Shown here: piece after piece, positions 12,882-23,468 of the stretch | Position numbering within the stretch: the first letter of the stretch is position 1 | Layout of the letters: the number at the start of each line of letters is the position of its first letter | Assembly: GCA_032718475.1 (NCBI GenBank) | Contig: JAUCBJ010000713.1 | Span: forward strand, 1-52,354 | Length of the DNA: 52,354 bases | Reading direction: 5' to 3' | Source: Nemertoderma westbladi | Taxonomy: Eukaryota; Animalia; Xenacoelomorpha | Made by a program: the position numbers and the translations under genes | The notes under the pieces: generated by a model | The model's database searches: none | The model's input: only the letters and a program-made list of their open reading frames with translations | Told to the model about the DNA's origin: nothing

Positions 12882-15800
12882 ATGTCTGACACAAAAAGGG
12901 CACTGTCAGATAGTCTTTTGGAAGGTGTTAGAATGAGTCGTCGACTTGGACAGTGTCTTGAAAGGAGAGAAGACAGAAAAGAAGCGGAAAGAAAAGTAGC
13001 AGCGACAGAAGCAGAAAGAAAAGCGGCAGAGGCAGTGGCAGAAGCAGAACGGAAGACGTCTGAAGCGACTATCCAACTAGAGCTGGAAAACCTTCAGGCG
13101 AAACAAGATTACTTGAAGAAACAAACCAGAAGACTACCTGTGCCCAGTAGGACTGTTCCCGAGTCCGAACCCGTCCTGGACGCCGAGCGAGGTATCAAGA
13201 ATTTATCACCCGTCGTCTCTCGCTCGCCCGCTACTACGTTGGCGACTCCCGCTTCGGCGGTTGAGTGGGTAGCTGAGGGACGACGGGAGATGGGTCTCCT
13301 GCTCGAGCAGCTGAGGGAACACTGTTTGTGCTCCTCTCAGCAGGTCAGGGAAATGGAAGAGACTGTTCAGCAGCTCAAGGGAACAGTAAGGGAAAGTAGG
13401 TTAGAGTTGCAAAAAGTGCAGCAAAGTATCGCACTAGAATGCGACAAATTAGTCAACCTACAAAAGGGAATACCAATAACCCCTGTAACAGTGTGTCAGC
13501 CTGTTAGGTCTGAAGTATTACATGCGCAAGGTGTGGAGCCTACACGCATCTATACTGCTAGTGAAGTAGAAACTCCTATAGCAAACCCTATTAAGGGTGA
13601 TTATACGCCTGTTGTTAATGACATTCCCAATAGACCTGATAATAATCCGAGAAATTTATATACCGATAACTCGATATTCAATAACACGATGGCCCAAGAA
13701 AGTTTTACGCGTCAAATGGCTAGAACCGAAGCCCGTCAAGCGGTAAAGGTTGGAGAGATAGTCAAGTTTAATGGAGATGAGATGAAATGGTTACCTTTTA
13801 ATGAATATTATAAAGATAACATACAGAACTCTGTGTTATCCAACGGAGAGAAACTTAGATTCCTCATCGAGTGCTTGGAAGGACCTCCCAAGTCAATGGC
13901 GTTAAAATTTATTGGACATCCAGATGGATTAAGACAAGTTTGGGATACACTAAACATCAGGTATGGTAATAGGAATAACATAGCTAGGTATTTATATGCG
14001 AAATTAATGGCCCCCCGAAAGTTTCTTAGCAGCGGGATTATAGAGTTTTCCGATGAGATTCAGGAGATCTGTAGACAACTAGATTGGTTAGGTAAGTCTC
14101 ATGAATACCAGAATTCTATGGTTGTAGGAGCCTTAGCATCTACTTTGCCCAAGGGTGGAGTAGGTACACGCTGGGACAAGAAGGTGTTATATACGATGGA
14201 ACAACAACAACGAGACCCTACCATGGCTGATCTCATGTCATTCTTGGATGGCGAAGTGAAATTACAACTCCTAAAGCAATCCAGAGAGAAAACACCGGAA
14301 AATAAGGTAAGTGAGAAACCCGTTTCTAGGAGAAGAGTAACACCGGTGTGTTATACTGATGACGGCGAAAGCCAAGCTTCTCAAGAAGAAGACAGCGGGA
14401 AAGACACCGAGAAATTTTACTATGTTAACAAGACCTCAAAGGACGTAAGTAAATCTAAAGCTCGAACCCATGACAGGAGAGAACAGGTTGCTAAGACTCC
14501 TCTTCAGTTTCCTAACAGAGTACACGGAAGAAAGCCCGAAGAAAGAACTAGAGTGCATAACGTCACCCAAAATAAGGTGAGTAACATTAAACCCAACTGT
14601 GCGCTGTGCGACGGGCCCCACCGTTTGAGTGCGTGTGCGGAATTCCTAAAGAAATCCTTGGTAGACAGACGTGAAGTCATGTGGGATAAGCGGTTATGCT
14701 ACAATTGTCTCAGACGCGGACACCAGCGGCGAACCTGTTACTCCGACATAAAGTGTGCAAAGTGCGGTGCGAAACATCACATCTTGTTACAAAGTGAATT
14801 CGAACGAAACAGCCCGAGTCAGGTAAGTGAGCCCAAATCACATGTCCAATTCAGTGATGTGAACGACACTGACCAAAGTTCTGAGTGGGAAGGATTCTAT
14901 ACGGACGAATTCTCCGACGCCAACGAATCCTGTTACCTAATAAATACCGCAGTGTATCGAGCACTTACTTACGAAAAGGACACCGACAATGAGTTCCCCC
15001 CAACTACCTTTGACAAACAACCATCTTGGAAAGTTCCAACTTCCAACATAGGAATAAGAGAATTTCCTGTAGTGCAAGTGAGAGTTCATGGTCTCTACAA
15101 GAGTTACATAGTGAACGCCCTACTTGACTCCGGCAGCACAGGAACATTCATCGATCAAGAACTAGCCGAAGATATCTTTGCTGGACAACCCAAGTTCCGG
15201 ACTAAATTGAATATGTCAGGAATTATGCAGGTTTGGAAATCTACCCTAACGGCAGATTACTATGTAGGTGAGTTGTCCACCCCCCAGGATAAATTAGGAG
15301 CACAAAGTATAAGGTCAGTAAAAATGGTGGCTATAAAGAACTTCGCTACTACCCAAGCAGACCTTTATAACTGGGACGAGGACGAGTGCATCCAACATCT
15401 TGAGATACCTCGATTCCAAACCGATTATCCTGGAGTGCAAATCCTCATCGGCCAAAACGCGCATGAGGCGCTCGAGACATTGGAGAAACGGCCTGCTCAA
15501 CCGCAGCCATTACAAACTTATGCGGTAAGAACTAGAGTAGGTTGGTACTTTACTGGCCCTTCCCGCAGAACTCTTGAAGAAAGATTGCCACAAGACCGGC
15601 TACTTCAAGTAAAGGATTGGGAAGAGGGGAGCAGTGAAGTGGACGAACCCACTGAGGTAACACCATACTCCTCAGATAATGATGATATTAACTCCAATGT
15701 AGATCAATGGAGACATTGCCTTGGGACGATTAATCCAGCCGACATCGCTTCCAGGGGAGCAACTCCTCAAGAACTGATAGATACTCCAGGCTGGTTAGGT

Positions 15801-16031
15801 GGATCCGACTCCTTAAGTAAAGAAGAAGAAGAATGGCCTCCTCATCTTACCACGGCAGAGAGTAGACAGGCCAAGGGAGCGGAGAAACTAACACAACAAC
15901 TCAATCGCCCAGCTGGTCGTTTATGTTTACTGGAAAGAGACCGAAAACTGTCCGGAAACTATGGAAGGCAAGATACTCTTCCTACGACCACTTCCCTAAT
16001 CCGACAAATATCTAGGGACTCTATAACGTAA
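12882..16031 (+). CDS. BEL/Pao gag-protease polyprotein with vestigial pol fragments (1049 aa)
   Basis: N-terminal coiled coil, DUF1759-like gag core (KFNGDEMKWLPF...EKLRFLIECLEG), three zinc knuckles (CALCDGPHRLSAC, CYNCLRRGHQRRTC, CAKCGAKHHILL) and protease ALLDSGS...ILIG...TRVGW. Followed only by WRHCLGTINPADIASRG and NRPAGRLCLLE. No YxDD or DDE motif. Confidence 0.92.
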   Translation: MSDTKRALSDSLLEGVRMSRRLGQCLERREDRKEAERKVAATEAERKAAEAVAEAERKTSEATIQLELENLQAKQDYLKKQTRRLPVPSRTVPESEPVLDAERGIKNLSPVVSRSPATTLATPASAVEWVAEGRREMGLLLEQLREHCLCSSQQVREMEETVQQLKGTVRESRLELQKVQQSIALECDKLVNLQKGIPITPVTVCQPVRSEVLHAQGVEPTRIYTASEVETPIANPIKGDYTPVVNDIPNRPDNNPRNLYTDNSIFNNTMAQESFTRQMARTEARQAVKVGEIVKFNGDEMKWLPFNEYYKDNIQNSVLSNGEKLRFLIECLEGPPKSMALKFIGHPDGLRQVWDTLNIRYGNRNNIARYLYAKLMAPRKFLSSGIIEFSDEIQEICRQLDWLGKSHEYQNSMVVGALASTLPKGGVGTRWDKKVLYTMEQQQRDPTMADLMSFLDGEVKLQLLKQSREKTPENKVSEKPVSRRRVTPVCYTDDGESQASQEEDSGKDTEKFYYVNKTSKDVSKSKARTHDRREQVAKTPLQFPNRVHGRKPEERTRVHNVTQNKVSNIKPNCALCDGPHRLSACAEFLKKSLVDRREVMWDKRLCYNCLRRGHQRRTCYSDIKCAKCGAKHHILLQSEFERNSPSQVSEPKSHVQFSDVNDTDQSSEWEGFYTDEFSDANESCYLINTAVYRALTYEKDTDNEFPPTTFDKQPSWKVPTSNIGIREFPVVQVRVHGLYKSYIVNALLDSGSTGTFIDQELAEDIFAGQPKFRTKLNMSGIMQVWKSTLTADYYVGELSTPQDKLGAQSIRSVKMVAIKNFATTQADLYNWDEDECIQHLEIPRFQTDYPGVQILIGQNAHEALETLEKRPAQPQPLQTYAVRTRVGWYFTGPSRRTLEERLPQDRLLQVKDWEEGSSEVDEPTEVTPYSSDNDDINSNVDQWRHCLGTINPADIASRGATPQELIDTPGWLGGSDSLSKEEEEWPPHLTTAESRQAKGAEKLTQQLNRPAGRLCLLERDRKLSGNYGRQDTLPTTTSLIRQISRDSIT

Positions 16032-16574
16032 TAACATATGGAGTGGGCGTGTGACTATATCATTTTATATTTGTTTTTATTTTATATTTATGTATGTATT
16101 ATTATGTAATTTTATTATAATCGTTTTCTTTAATTTTATTTAGTAGAATGTTATTTTAGAATATTTGGTAAATTAGTGCAATATATTAGTGTTTATTACG
16201 TATTTAATTACTTACAATATATTTAGTGCGACGGCAAGAAGTAATTATTTTCTCTTTCCTTACTGTCCGTATTATATTATAAATGCGAGACTATAGTAAG
16301 ATGACATGTCAGTACTTCTTAAAGTACAATAAAGCCACTACTATATTTAAGTATTATTGGTAGGCAGAGTATTAGGAATGCAAAGTTCAGATCCTCGTGT
16401 CTCGGCTAAACCAAGCTCTGGGTAGACCTTGGAAACGACTTGCCTCTTCACACTGACATTGCTTCGTGCGATATTGCTCTTCTATCTTATAACAAATAAT
16501 ACATATAGTAGCGTGATGTCCCTCTAACAGTAGCGTAAATCGCAAATAAATCTGTTAAACTTTTGACCATCTGT

Positions 16575-16850
16575 AATTCTAGTCGATTAAGATATCGTGG
16601 CACCCACCGATATACTTGAAAGACAAATTCTAGAATCAGTGGTTAACGTCCCCAGACAAGTTCTGGAATAAATCGGTGCCCATCCTAAATATTAATTTAA
16701 TATTTATTAAAATCTGTAAAATTCAGATCCGTTAACAATTCTAGTCGATTAAGATATCGTAGCACTTACCGATACTCTTAAAAGACAAATTTCATAGAAT
16801 TAAGGATCCTATGTCCCCAGACCTGCTCTGGAATCAAATTGTATCAATTT
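16575..16850 (+). repeat. Diverged ~110-bp direct repeat pair (period 162)
   Basis: aattctagtcgattaagatatcgt...aagacaaatt...gtccccagac...tctggaat starts at 16575 and again at 16737. Confidence 0.85.
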
Positions 16851-17462
16851 AACATCAAATAATAAAATTCACGGGAATAAATTTAAATTCATATTCGAAT
16901 GAATTTCATAAATTGTCATTTGTGCAATTTATAACATTCCCAAAATTCCAGTAATTAATAGATCATGGGAGCGGAGATTCATATTGAGTGTACTAGAGTG
17001 CGAGAATCTCCAATATATAGTCAATAGCCGATAAAATTTATAAAATCATGCATAAAGAGGGTATTGACAACTAAAGAATTACTATTAAATAACATCCCAG
17101 ATCTGTATGCATGAGAATTACCCTAATTCTACCGCTAGTTTTCCATAATGTCACCATGGCAACACCCACGCTAGAATTAGAAGCAAGTTAAAGGAACAAT
17201 AAAAAGCTTGCCCCATTGCGTAGCATAAGAGTATATATAGCGCACTATTAGTATCCAAGGATACATAGTAATAACGTGACATTCTGGAAGACACTGACTA
17301 ACGGACAAATGGCATGCATGTGTGCAGTAAGCAATGATTGTATGGAATTTGTGCGTTTATAGGTGAATGTTACTACTAAAGTGTGTTTACAGTAGCTAAT
17401 CGCAATTGTAAAATAGCCCTAACTCTACCGAGATAACCTCAAGTGGATTCAAGCCTTTGGGA

Positions 17463-17607
17463 CGGACAGTGGTGGGACTTGTGCCGGTTATCGTTGTCGT
17501 GCTGTTGCTACATGTTGGCGTAAACACCGCGACAACGGTACATCGGCGCTGAGAAACCCACTGTCCGGGGGCAAAAAGCCTAGTAGGCAGCGACGCCCGC
17601 TTGCCTA
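17463..17607 (+). other. Predicted long GC-rich RNA hairpin plus small hairpin
   Basis: cggacagtgg (17463-72) pairs with ccactgtccg (17558-67). Inner stems are gtgccggt/atcggcgc and tcgttgtcgtg/cgcgacaacgg. Second stem taggcagcg/cgcttgccta at 17584-17607. Confidence 0.75.
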
Positions 17608-17650
17608 AAATATTAGCTTATATTGATATTAACAAACTCAGATAGCAGAT

Positions 17651-18049
17651 ATGACGGAATTGATAGAAGATGACCTTGGTATTAGAGAGCGATATACTCT
17701 ACCTTTACAAGCGTTTGTGGATAGCTTGATACGCGGTGAAGCCGATCCGACTATTACTGAGGACGATGGTCGTTATATCGAACCGCCGATGTCCCAGGAA
17801 CAACTTACGCGTGAAGCGGACTATAGAAAATTCACCGCTCGCTATACGAATCGCAATGGTACGTATATGGACTTCCTAACTACCGGCCATCCTATCGATC
17901 TACATGATACGGACGATGTATACACCGAAAGGGAAATGGTTCTATTTAAATATCATACCCAGCGGAGTCGTAACGATAAACCGAGAATAGATCACGAAAA
18001 TTATATTCGTAACAGACTGGGAAGACGAACCCATATGTTTAGAATCTGA
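17651..18049 (+). CDS. Extra ORF X1 of the LTR element (132 aa, unknown function)
   Basis: ATG start, coding-like composition, no recognised motif. Overlaps the X2 reading frame. Confidence 0.6.
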   Translation: MTELIEDDLGIRERYTLPLQAFVDSLIRGEADPTITEDDGRYIEPPMSQEQLTREADYRKFTARYTNRNGTYMDFLTTGHPIDLHDTDDVYTEREMVLFKYHTQRSRNDKPRIDHENYIRNRLGRRTHMFRI

Positions 18050-19100
18050 AGAGATTCAGCCCCCCACGTCTCGGAGTAGCGATAGCGACTACATATTGGA
18101 ATGGTATCAAGGTCCACAGTGTCTCACTGCGTACGATTATCGCCATGCCAACTATGTTTCTAGACAACGTTGTCGGCTGTGCGCATCGAGAGACCATATT
18201 ACGTCTATGGACACCAACGATCTTTGTTCCTATTTCCACGAGCAACCGTCGATGGAAATCTATTGTGCATATTGTCGGCTTAATAATTTGCACATTTTTG
18301 CTGTCTGCCCCCAATTTATGACTCAATGCCATCATTGTCAATTAAAAGGACACGCCAGCTTTGATTGTCCCTTTAACCATGATTTAGAGAGCGTAGATGA
18401 AATGATTGTACTACGTTATATCAGAGCTTGGGAAGCGAACGCTGATTTACATTGTGATTCACGCCATCGCTATTATCCTGGACGCGCCTACGAAGGAGTT
18501 TATGCGTTCCATCCATATTTGTTTGCCTCCGTCGAGCAGAAATCGCGCCTATCAAGTTACGAGCTACTGAAGCGCGTCGGAGAATGTATTTCAACCAAAT
18601 TCGTACGCAAATTTCTCAGGAGTGTTAATCCTAGCGACCTTCATTCCTATAACTTAATCAATCATATCCGTCAGGATCCGGACTATGGAGAATTGTTTGT
18701 TAACTCACACCCTGAGTTACAGGAAGTATATCGACGGCCTTACGAATACCGAGCCCGCGAACGCGAGTTGGAAAGAACCATTAAACCAAGGAAGTTTCTA
18801 ACTGCCTATGGTCCACCCACGGCCCTCGTTCAGACCACTCGTAAAGGACCCGTAAGAGCGGCTGTCTTGAAACGAGCTCTCAAAGCCGTTAGACCCCTCT
18901 CCCCGGACGTTGATGTCAATCAACCCGGTACTTCGACCGGCGGATATACCGATCGCAATCCCATACCTTCTGATGCAATCATATTGCACCCTTCACCCAG
19001 GAGTTATAGCCCTCCTCGTAAAGTGGCTCGCCCCAAAGAGAAAAGGACTCTTGCTAGCTTTAAAAAACTGCGTAAACGCCGTCCGCGCAAGAAAGACTAA
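17991..19100 (+). CDS. Extra ORF X2: multi Cys/His zinc-finger protein with a basic C-terminus
   Basis: Frame is open from 17991 (ORF track start is TTG at 18096). Motifs CRLCASRDH, CAYCRLNNLHIFAVC and CHHCQLKGHASFDC (CCHC). Ends in an NLS-like KKLRKRRPRKKD. True start uncertain. Confidence 0.75.
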   Translation: MTKIIFVTDWEDEPICLESEEIQPPTSRSSDSDYILEWYQGPQCLTAYDYRHANYVSRQRCRLCASRDHITSMDTNDLCSYFHEQPSMEIYCAYCRLNNLHIFAVCPQFMTQCHHCQLKGHASFDCPFNHDLESVDEMIVLRYIRAWEANADLHCDSRHRYYPGRAYEGVYAFHPYLFASVEQKSRLSSYELLKRVGECISTKFVRKFLRSVNPSDLHSYNLINHIRQDPDYGELFVNSHPELQEVYRRPYEYRARERELERTIKPRKFLTAYGPPTALVQTTRKGPVRAAVLKRALKAVRPLSPDVDVNQPGTSTGGYTDRNPIPSDAIILHPSPRSYSPPRKVARPKEKRTLASFKKLRKRRPRKKD

Positions 19101-19170
19101 CTGTTTAGAGTATTTACGTATATTAGAAACTGTGATTTTTGTATATTTATAGACTCAAATCCCATTTTCT

Positions 19171-19178
19171 GGGAGCGG
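19171..19178 (+). other. Polypurine-tract-like site
   Basis: gggagcgg immediately precedes the TG of the 3' LTR. Confidence 0.7.
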
Positions 19179-20439
19179 TGTAAAAGCTTCTGTGGGATAT
19201 AACTGGCCCCTTTTGCTTCGCAATCCAGTTTCCCCCCAGGCGCTGGAATACTCTAAAAAGGTTCTCTAACTGTATATATATTCCCCTCGCCCGCAAGGTA
19301 CCGTTACAGGTGTTTTAACGGACATAAAAGTCATTCTGCTATATACGTGTTTTGGCGGACATGGTAAGGCAAAAAACCTGCAATGCACCAACTACCTTTC
19401 ACAGCTTAGCCGTGATGATTCATATTACGACATCTAACAGCTGGTTGCTGACATGGAAACAGCCATTGGACGCATGGTTCTTTGTTTGGCTTGAGCCAAT
19501 CAGAGCGATTTTTCCTGTCGACGTGTAGCTTTTCGGCCGATCATAAGGAGAGTGTTCAGTCTTACTGTTTTTACTTGATACTTTGTTGTTATTGCTGTCT
19601 AAGCCAGAAACACCGGCTCTAGAGCACCGGCTTTTTGGGAAGAACTCTAGTAAAACTGCTTAAATTATCGAAAGTATAAACTGTTACCAAACTAATCTCA
19701 CTAATCGAACGAACTCACTAACTCACTTAATTTAACTGCATTAATCATATTGTTTGTACTGTTATTTACCGTCAGTTATTAATTGTACCTATTTGTTGAT
19801 AGAAATATTGCTCTTTGGATAATACGGATAAATCACCCAAATTCCCAATTTTCTTGATACACTACAGGTTAGAGAGACCGGCTATACATAACAATTGCGA
19901 TTTATATTAATGTGGTGTGTATTGAATCCAATGTTATTTAGCAGACCCTACGTGAGTCAATTGCTGCTCTCTTTATGTGTGATCAAATATACTGACGGTC
20001 GGCAGAATAGTGTGTATGATTGTGATTGGTAACAAAGTATTTCCTAAAGAATACGCTTTATACTTTAATCATAAGCGGTATCGTTGCGTTTTAGTATAAG
20101 TCTTAGTTCTGTTTAAATAGATAAAGCGCCACGTCCTAAAGGAACTGTTAATATTTCCCGAAAGCCAATAATATCTGTCAGGAATTAATTATTAACGATC
20201 TATCGAATAATACAGTAAGTTTACGCTGCAACCTTACACTGCAATAATAAAATTTAAGCATCCGAATTCAGCCTCCCGGGTGTAGATCCATCGGGTGAAT
20301 GATCGCGCATGGGCTGACTTCGGCTAATGTTTTGTGTATTAGCATAAAATATTGTAGTATGCTAAATGTGTTTTAATTAACTAAAAGACATATAAATTTT
20401 GGCAGGTTAAACTGCTAAAGGTCTTCAAAAGCGCGAATA
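19179..20439 (+). repeat. 3' LTR (TG...TA)
   Basis: Same length as the 5' LTR. Only two differences were spotted by eye: aagaaatata/aagacatata and terminal CA->TA. Confidence 0.95.
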
Positions 20440-20766
20440 CCTCCAGAGCTCCCTGTGGACGTCTGCAGTAACTCCATAGCTGTTGAGTGGGAGTCACGAA
20501 GACCATTTGGGGTAAATACATTTAGGTCAAAGTTATCAATCCACGCGCTAATTGGTTGATGGTTTTTGTTAAAATCATCCAAAAATCGCCAGATGAAAAA
20601 CCACGTTCTCCTGTAAATTTTGCAGCAGACTTTCTAAAACGTAGCACTTCATCATAGCTGGCAATATATCCTTGTGAATGTAAGAAATCTATAAGTTCCC
20701 GGCTTCCAAATAGATAATGAAGCTTTATAGCCATCCCAAGTGTTGTCTGGTTATACACTCCACTTA

Positions 20767-20935
20767 TTAGTGCCTGTATAGACTGCGCCGTCAAGGATAC
20801 AGGTTTGTACTTTGCCTTAGTGCCTGTATAGACTGCGCCGCCAAGGATACAGGTTTGTACTTTGCATTAGTGCCTGAATAGCTTGCGCCGCCAAGGATAC
20901 AGGTTTGTACTTTGCATTAGTGCCCGTATAGACTG
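20767..20935. repeat. 50-bp tandem repeat, ~3.4 copies
   Basis: Unit ttagtgcctgtatagactgcgccgccaaggatacaggtttgtactttgca at 20767, 20817 and 20867, partial at 20917. Confidence 0.95.
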
Positions 20936-22550
20936 TATATTCGTGGGGCCCGAAATGAACTATAGCATGATTTCTGATATTGGGCTGACACAGATGTTAG
21001 GTCTATGCCTACGTTTTTTTTATTGTTAACGAGTATCAACTAATATTAAATAGCGAAAAATATATTTTTTTGAACTGTCATGTATGTAGAATAGCATCTT
21101 AGGTACCTATTTTCCAAACTATAGCCAAAACCAAACAATTTTGAAACGCTGAGAGTGATAAATCGAGGAGTTGTTCGAAAATGGTGTACCCCCCCTAAAA
21201 ATAAATGGGATATTTAATAAGGAATATTTACATAAGATGCCTAAGAGCTCTATTGAACGTCTACTGGTCTATTACAGAATTGTTGCCGAAAGGTATGATC
21301 CCGTAAGACAGCGACAAGTGTACAGATGCCTAGCATACGTAGGAGGTAGTTAGGTATAATAAATCTGGAACCGATTTTAAAGATTGAAACCTTGAAAATA
21401 TGAGGAGAGTTCTGGAAATTCACATTTGATACAATTATTCCTTCAATGATCAAATGTCTCTTTCATATTCAAGCAACTAAATTTCATGATAGCCATGTTT
21501 TATGTAAACATAGCTATTATTTTCGACACTGGTTCCATTCTCCTATTTGTCCGTACAAATTTTTTATCGCTGCACTTGTTAATTTTTATATATAATTTCA
21601 ATGTTTTATACTGTAAGTCCTTTTTAAAAAATAATATTCTAGAAGGAATATTAGTTTTGGCTAGAGTTCCGTATTGCACTATATTTTGAAAACATATCAT
21701 TGTTTCTATGGATACGTTGATGAGTTGTTGAACAAAAGAAAAGTAATATATACCGCTACAATTCTAGAACACAAATAAAATAAAAAAAGATTACCTTCTA
21801 GAACATATGCTAGATTTTTTTTTATTTATTTAAAAATAGCTAGTAAATAAAAAAAAAGTATTTCCATCAAAAAATTGTATTTCTATCAAAACATTGTATA
21901 TTCCATAAATCAGTTTCAAATTTAAACATTTACGATTTTTGCATCAATGAAAGTTATACATACAAGCATGCGGCATCATGATAGGGCAGTAGCGGCGGGT
22001 ATGCACTTTAACGATCACCCAACAACGGACAGAAAATTGATTCAGGAAAGATCGATGGTTGGAGAGACAGGGGGGAGGGGGTGGGGGGGGGGGGGGGGTG
22101 CGTCATTTGGCGCAAATCCCATCTCGGCGAATTCATATTTCGTCTCAATGTTAAATTAAGGGAAATGAGCTGTTTACAATGGCACGTTATTCTAACCAAA
22201 ACAATAAATGAAAAATCCAAAAAATAAATAGAAAAGTAAAACTTTTATTAGGCCAAGGATTACGTGCAAAGTCAGACGACTTATTTCCTTATAATGTCTA
22301 CCATAAGTCATATTCGTTGAATTAAATAGTATCAATATAGCAAAAAAAGTGATAAAATATACAGTATATGCATAGTTATTTCCGCCCAAAAATACCACGC
22401 CCCATTTTTAATCAACTCCCCCCAAACAAAACCCTTTTAGAAATGTTTGAAGCCTTAGCAATAAATTACTCGTAGGTGAGTGAAGGTAATGGGGAATAAC
22501 ACACTTATTACCCTATTATTGAGTTATTTTCCCGGTTATTTAACCCGCGG

Positions 22551-22593
22551 GCAGAAAACAACCCGAGGGCGAAGCCCGAGGGTTGTTTCCTGC
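22551..22593. mobile_element. GC hairpin resembling non-autonomous Crypton-like/MITE termini
   Basis: gcagaaaacaacccgagggcgaagcccgagggttgtttcctgc forms a stem with a gggc-gaa-gccc cap. Family assignment is from recall only. Confidence 0.35.
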
Positions 22594-23468
22594 AGTACTG
22601 GTTGTTTACAGGACAGGACATTGAGACCTGTCCTTTATTGATGTAGCGTTCGATTGTACAATATAATCCACATAAATTCATAATAATTTATTCTAAAATA
22701 ATTTTTACAGTTACTGTTGAAAATTCAATAATAGGGTAATAAATATAGTTAAATAAGATCTGAAATATAGGCGAATCAATCTTGCATAAAACACAAAAGT
22801 AATTCGCGATAAATCCGAACCACATTTTTGGGATTTTATACAGTATTACCTTGTTAATGACCAAAAAAGGATTATAAGTCTTTATTTTGCGGAACATATG
22901 GTCATTCTCCCATAGTCCATCTTTTATTTGTGTCTGACATGCACTAAATGTTCCACTACAAATGTTTATGGAGCAAGGGATTTTTGTCATGTTTATAGGC
23001 CTACACATAGTTTCTCACAAAAACCTTTTCGCACTTTTGTCACTATTTTCTCGCTAAGCCAGTCCACAAATACAGTATCATTAGAAACTCCTCAGTCTGT
23101 AGATTCCGAATCTGAAAACCGTTTCAATTTCACCAATAACTTCAGGAGATATTCATCTAAATTCAAAGGCATCCTTTTTCAGACGTAAATTGAAATAATT
23201 CTAATGTTTTTCACTTAATTCTAGAATATTAATTACGCGTAATAATGAAGAAACAATATAAGATTTTTAAACGATCAGCTAAGTGTATTAATGAAGTGTA
23301 ATACAGTAATGTATACAGTTTGTCACTCCATACATCTAATCTAATCTGCTGTATGTCTAAATATCGTTATAAAGATAATAATTAATCGTTTTGATTTGAG
23401 TTGATTTGCTTTTCTACGTCTATCTGTTTGGTTTCCTTTACATCAGTTCGACTTTGAATAGTAAAGTT

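Larger units (their letters stand above)
9445..20439 (+). mobile_element. Recent non-autonomous BEL/Pao-derived LTR retrotransposon (10995 bp)
   Basis: Two 1261-bp LTRs, 5-bp TSD CCTCC (9440-9444 and 20440-20444), PPT-like gggagcgg before the 3' LTR, BEL-type gag-protease ORF. Confidence 0.95.
8950..20800 (-). mobile_element. Decayed Academ-like DNA transposon ORF, split by the LTR element
   Basis: Minus strand 20522-20794 gives GMAIKLHYLFGSRELIDFLHSQGYIASYDEVLRF. Minus strand ~8960-9270 gives LPPTQSAAVQHVKRARKQVLLWRAA...FGW followed by a frameshifted Cys-rich tail. Superfamily assigned from motif recall only. Confidence 0.55.

Noticed and set aside
20767-20935. CRISPR-like appearance of this repeat and of the 26.9-kb and 32-kb arrays
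   Set aside because: Tandem units or short irregular spacers, eukaryotic context, and no cas genes.
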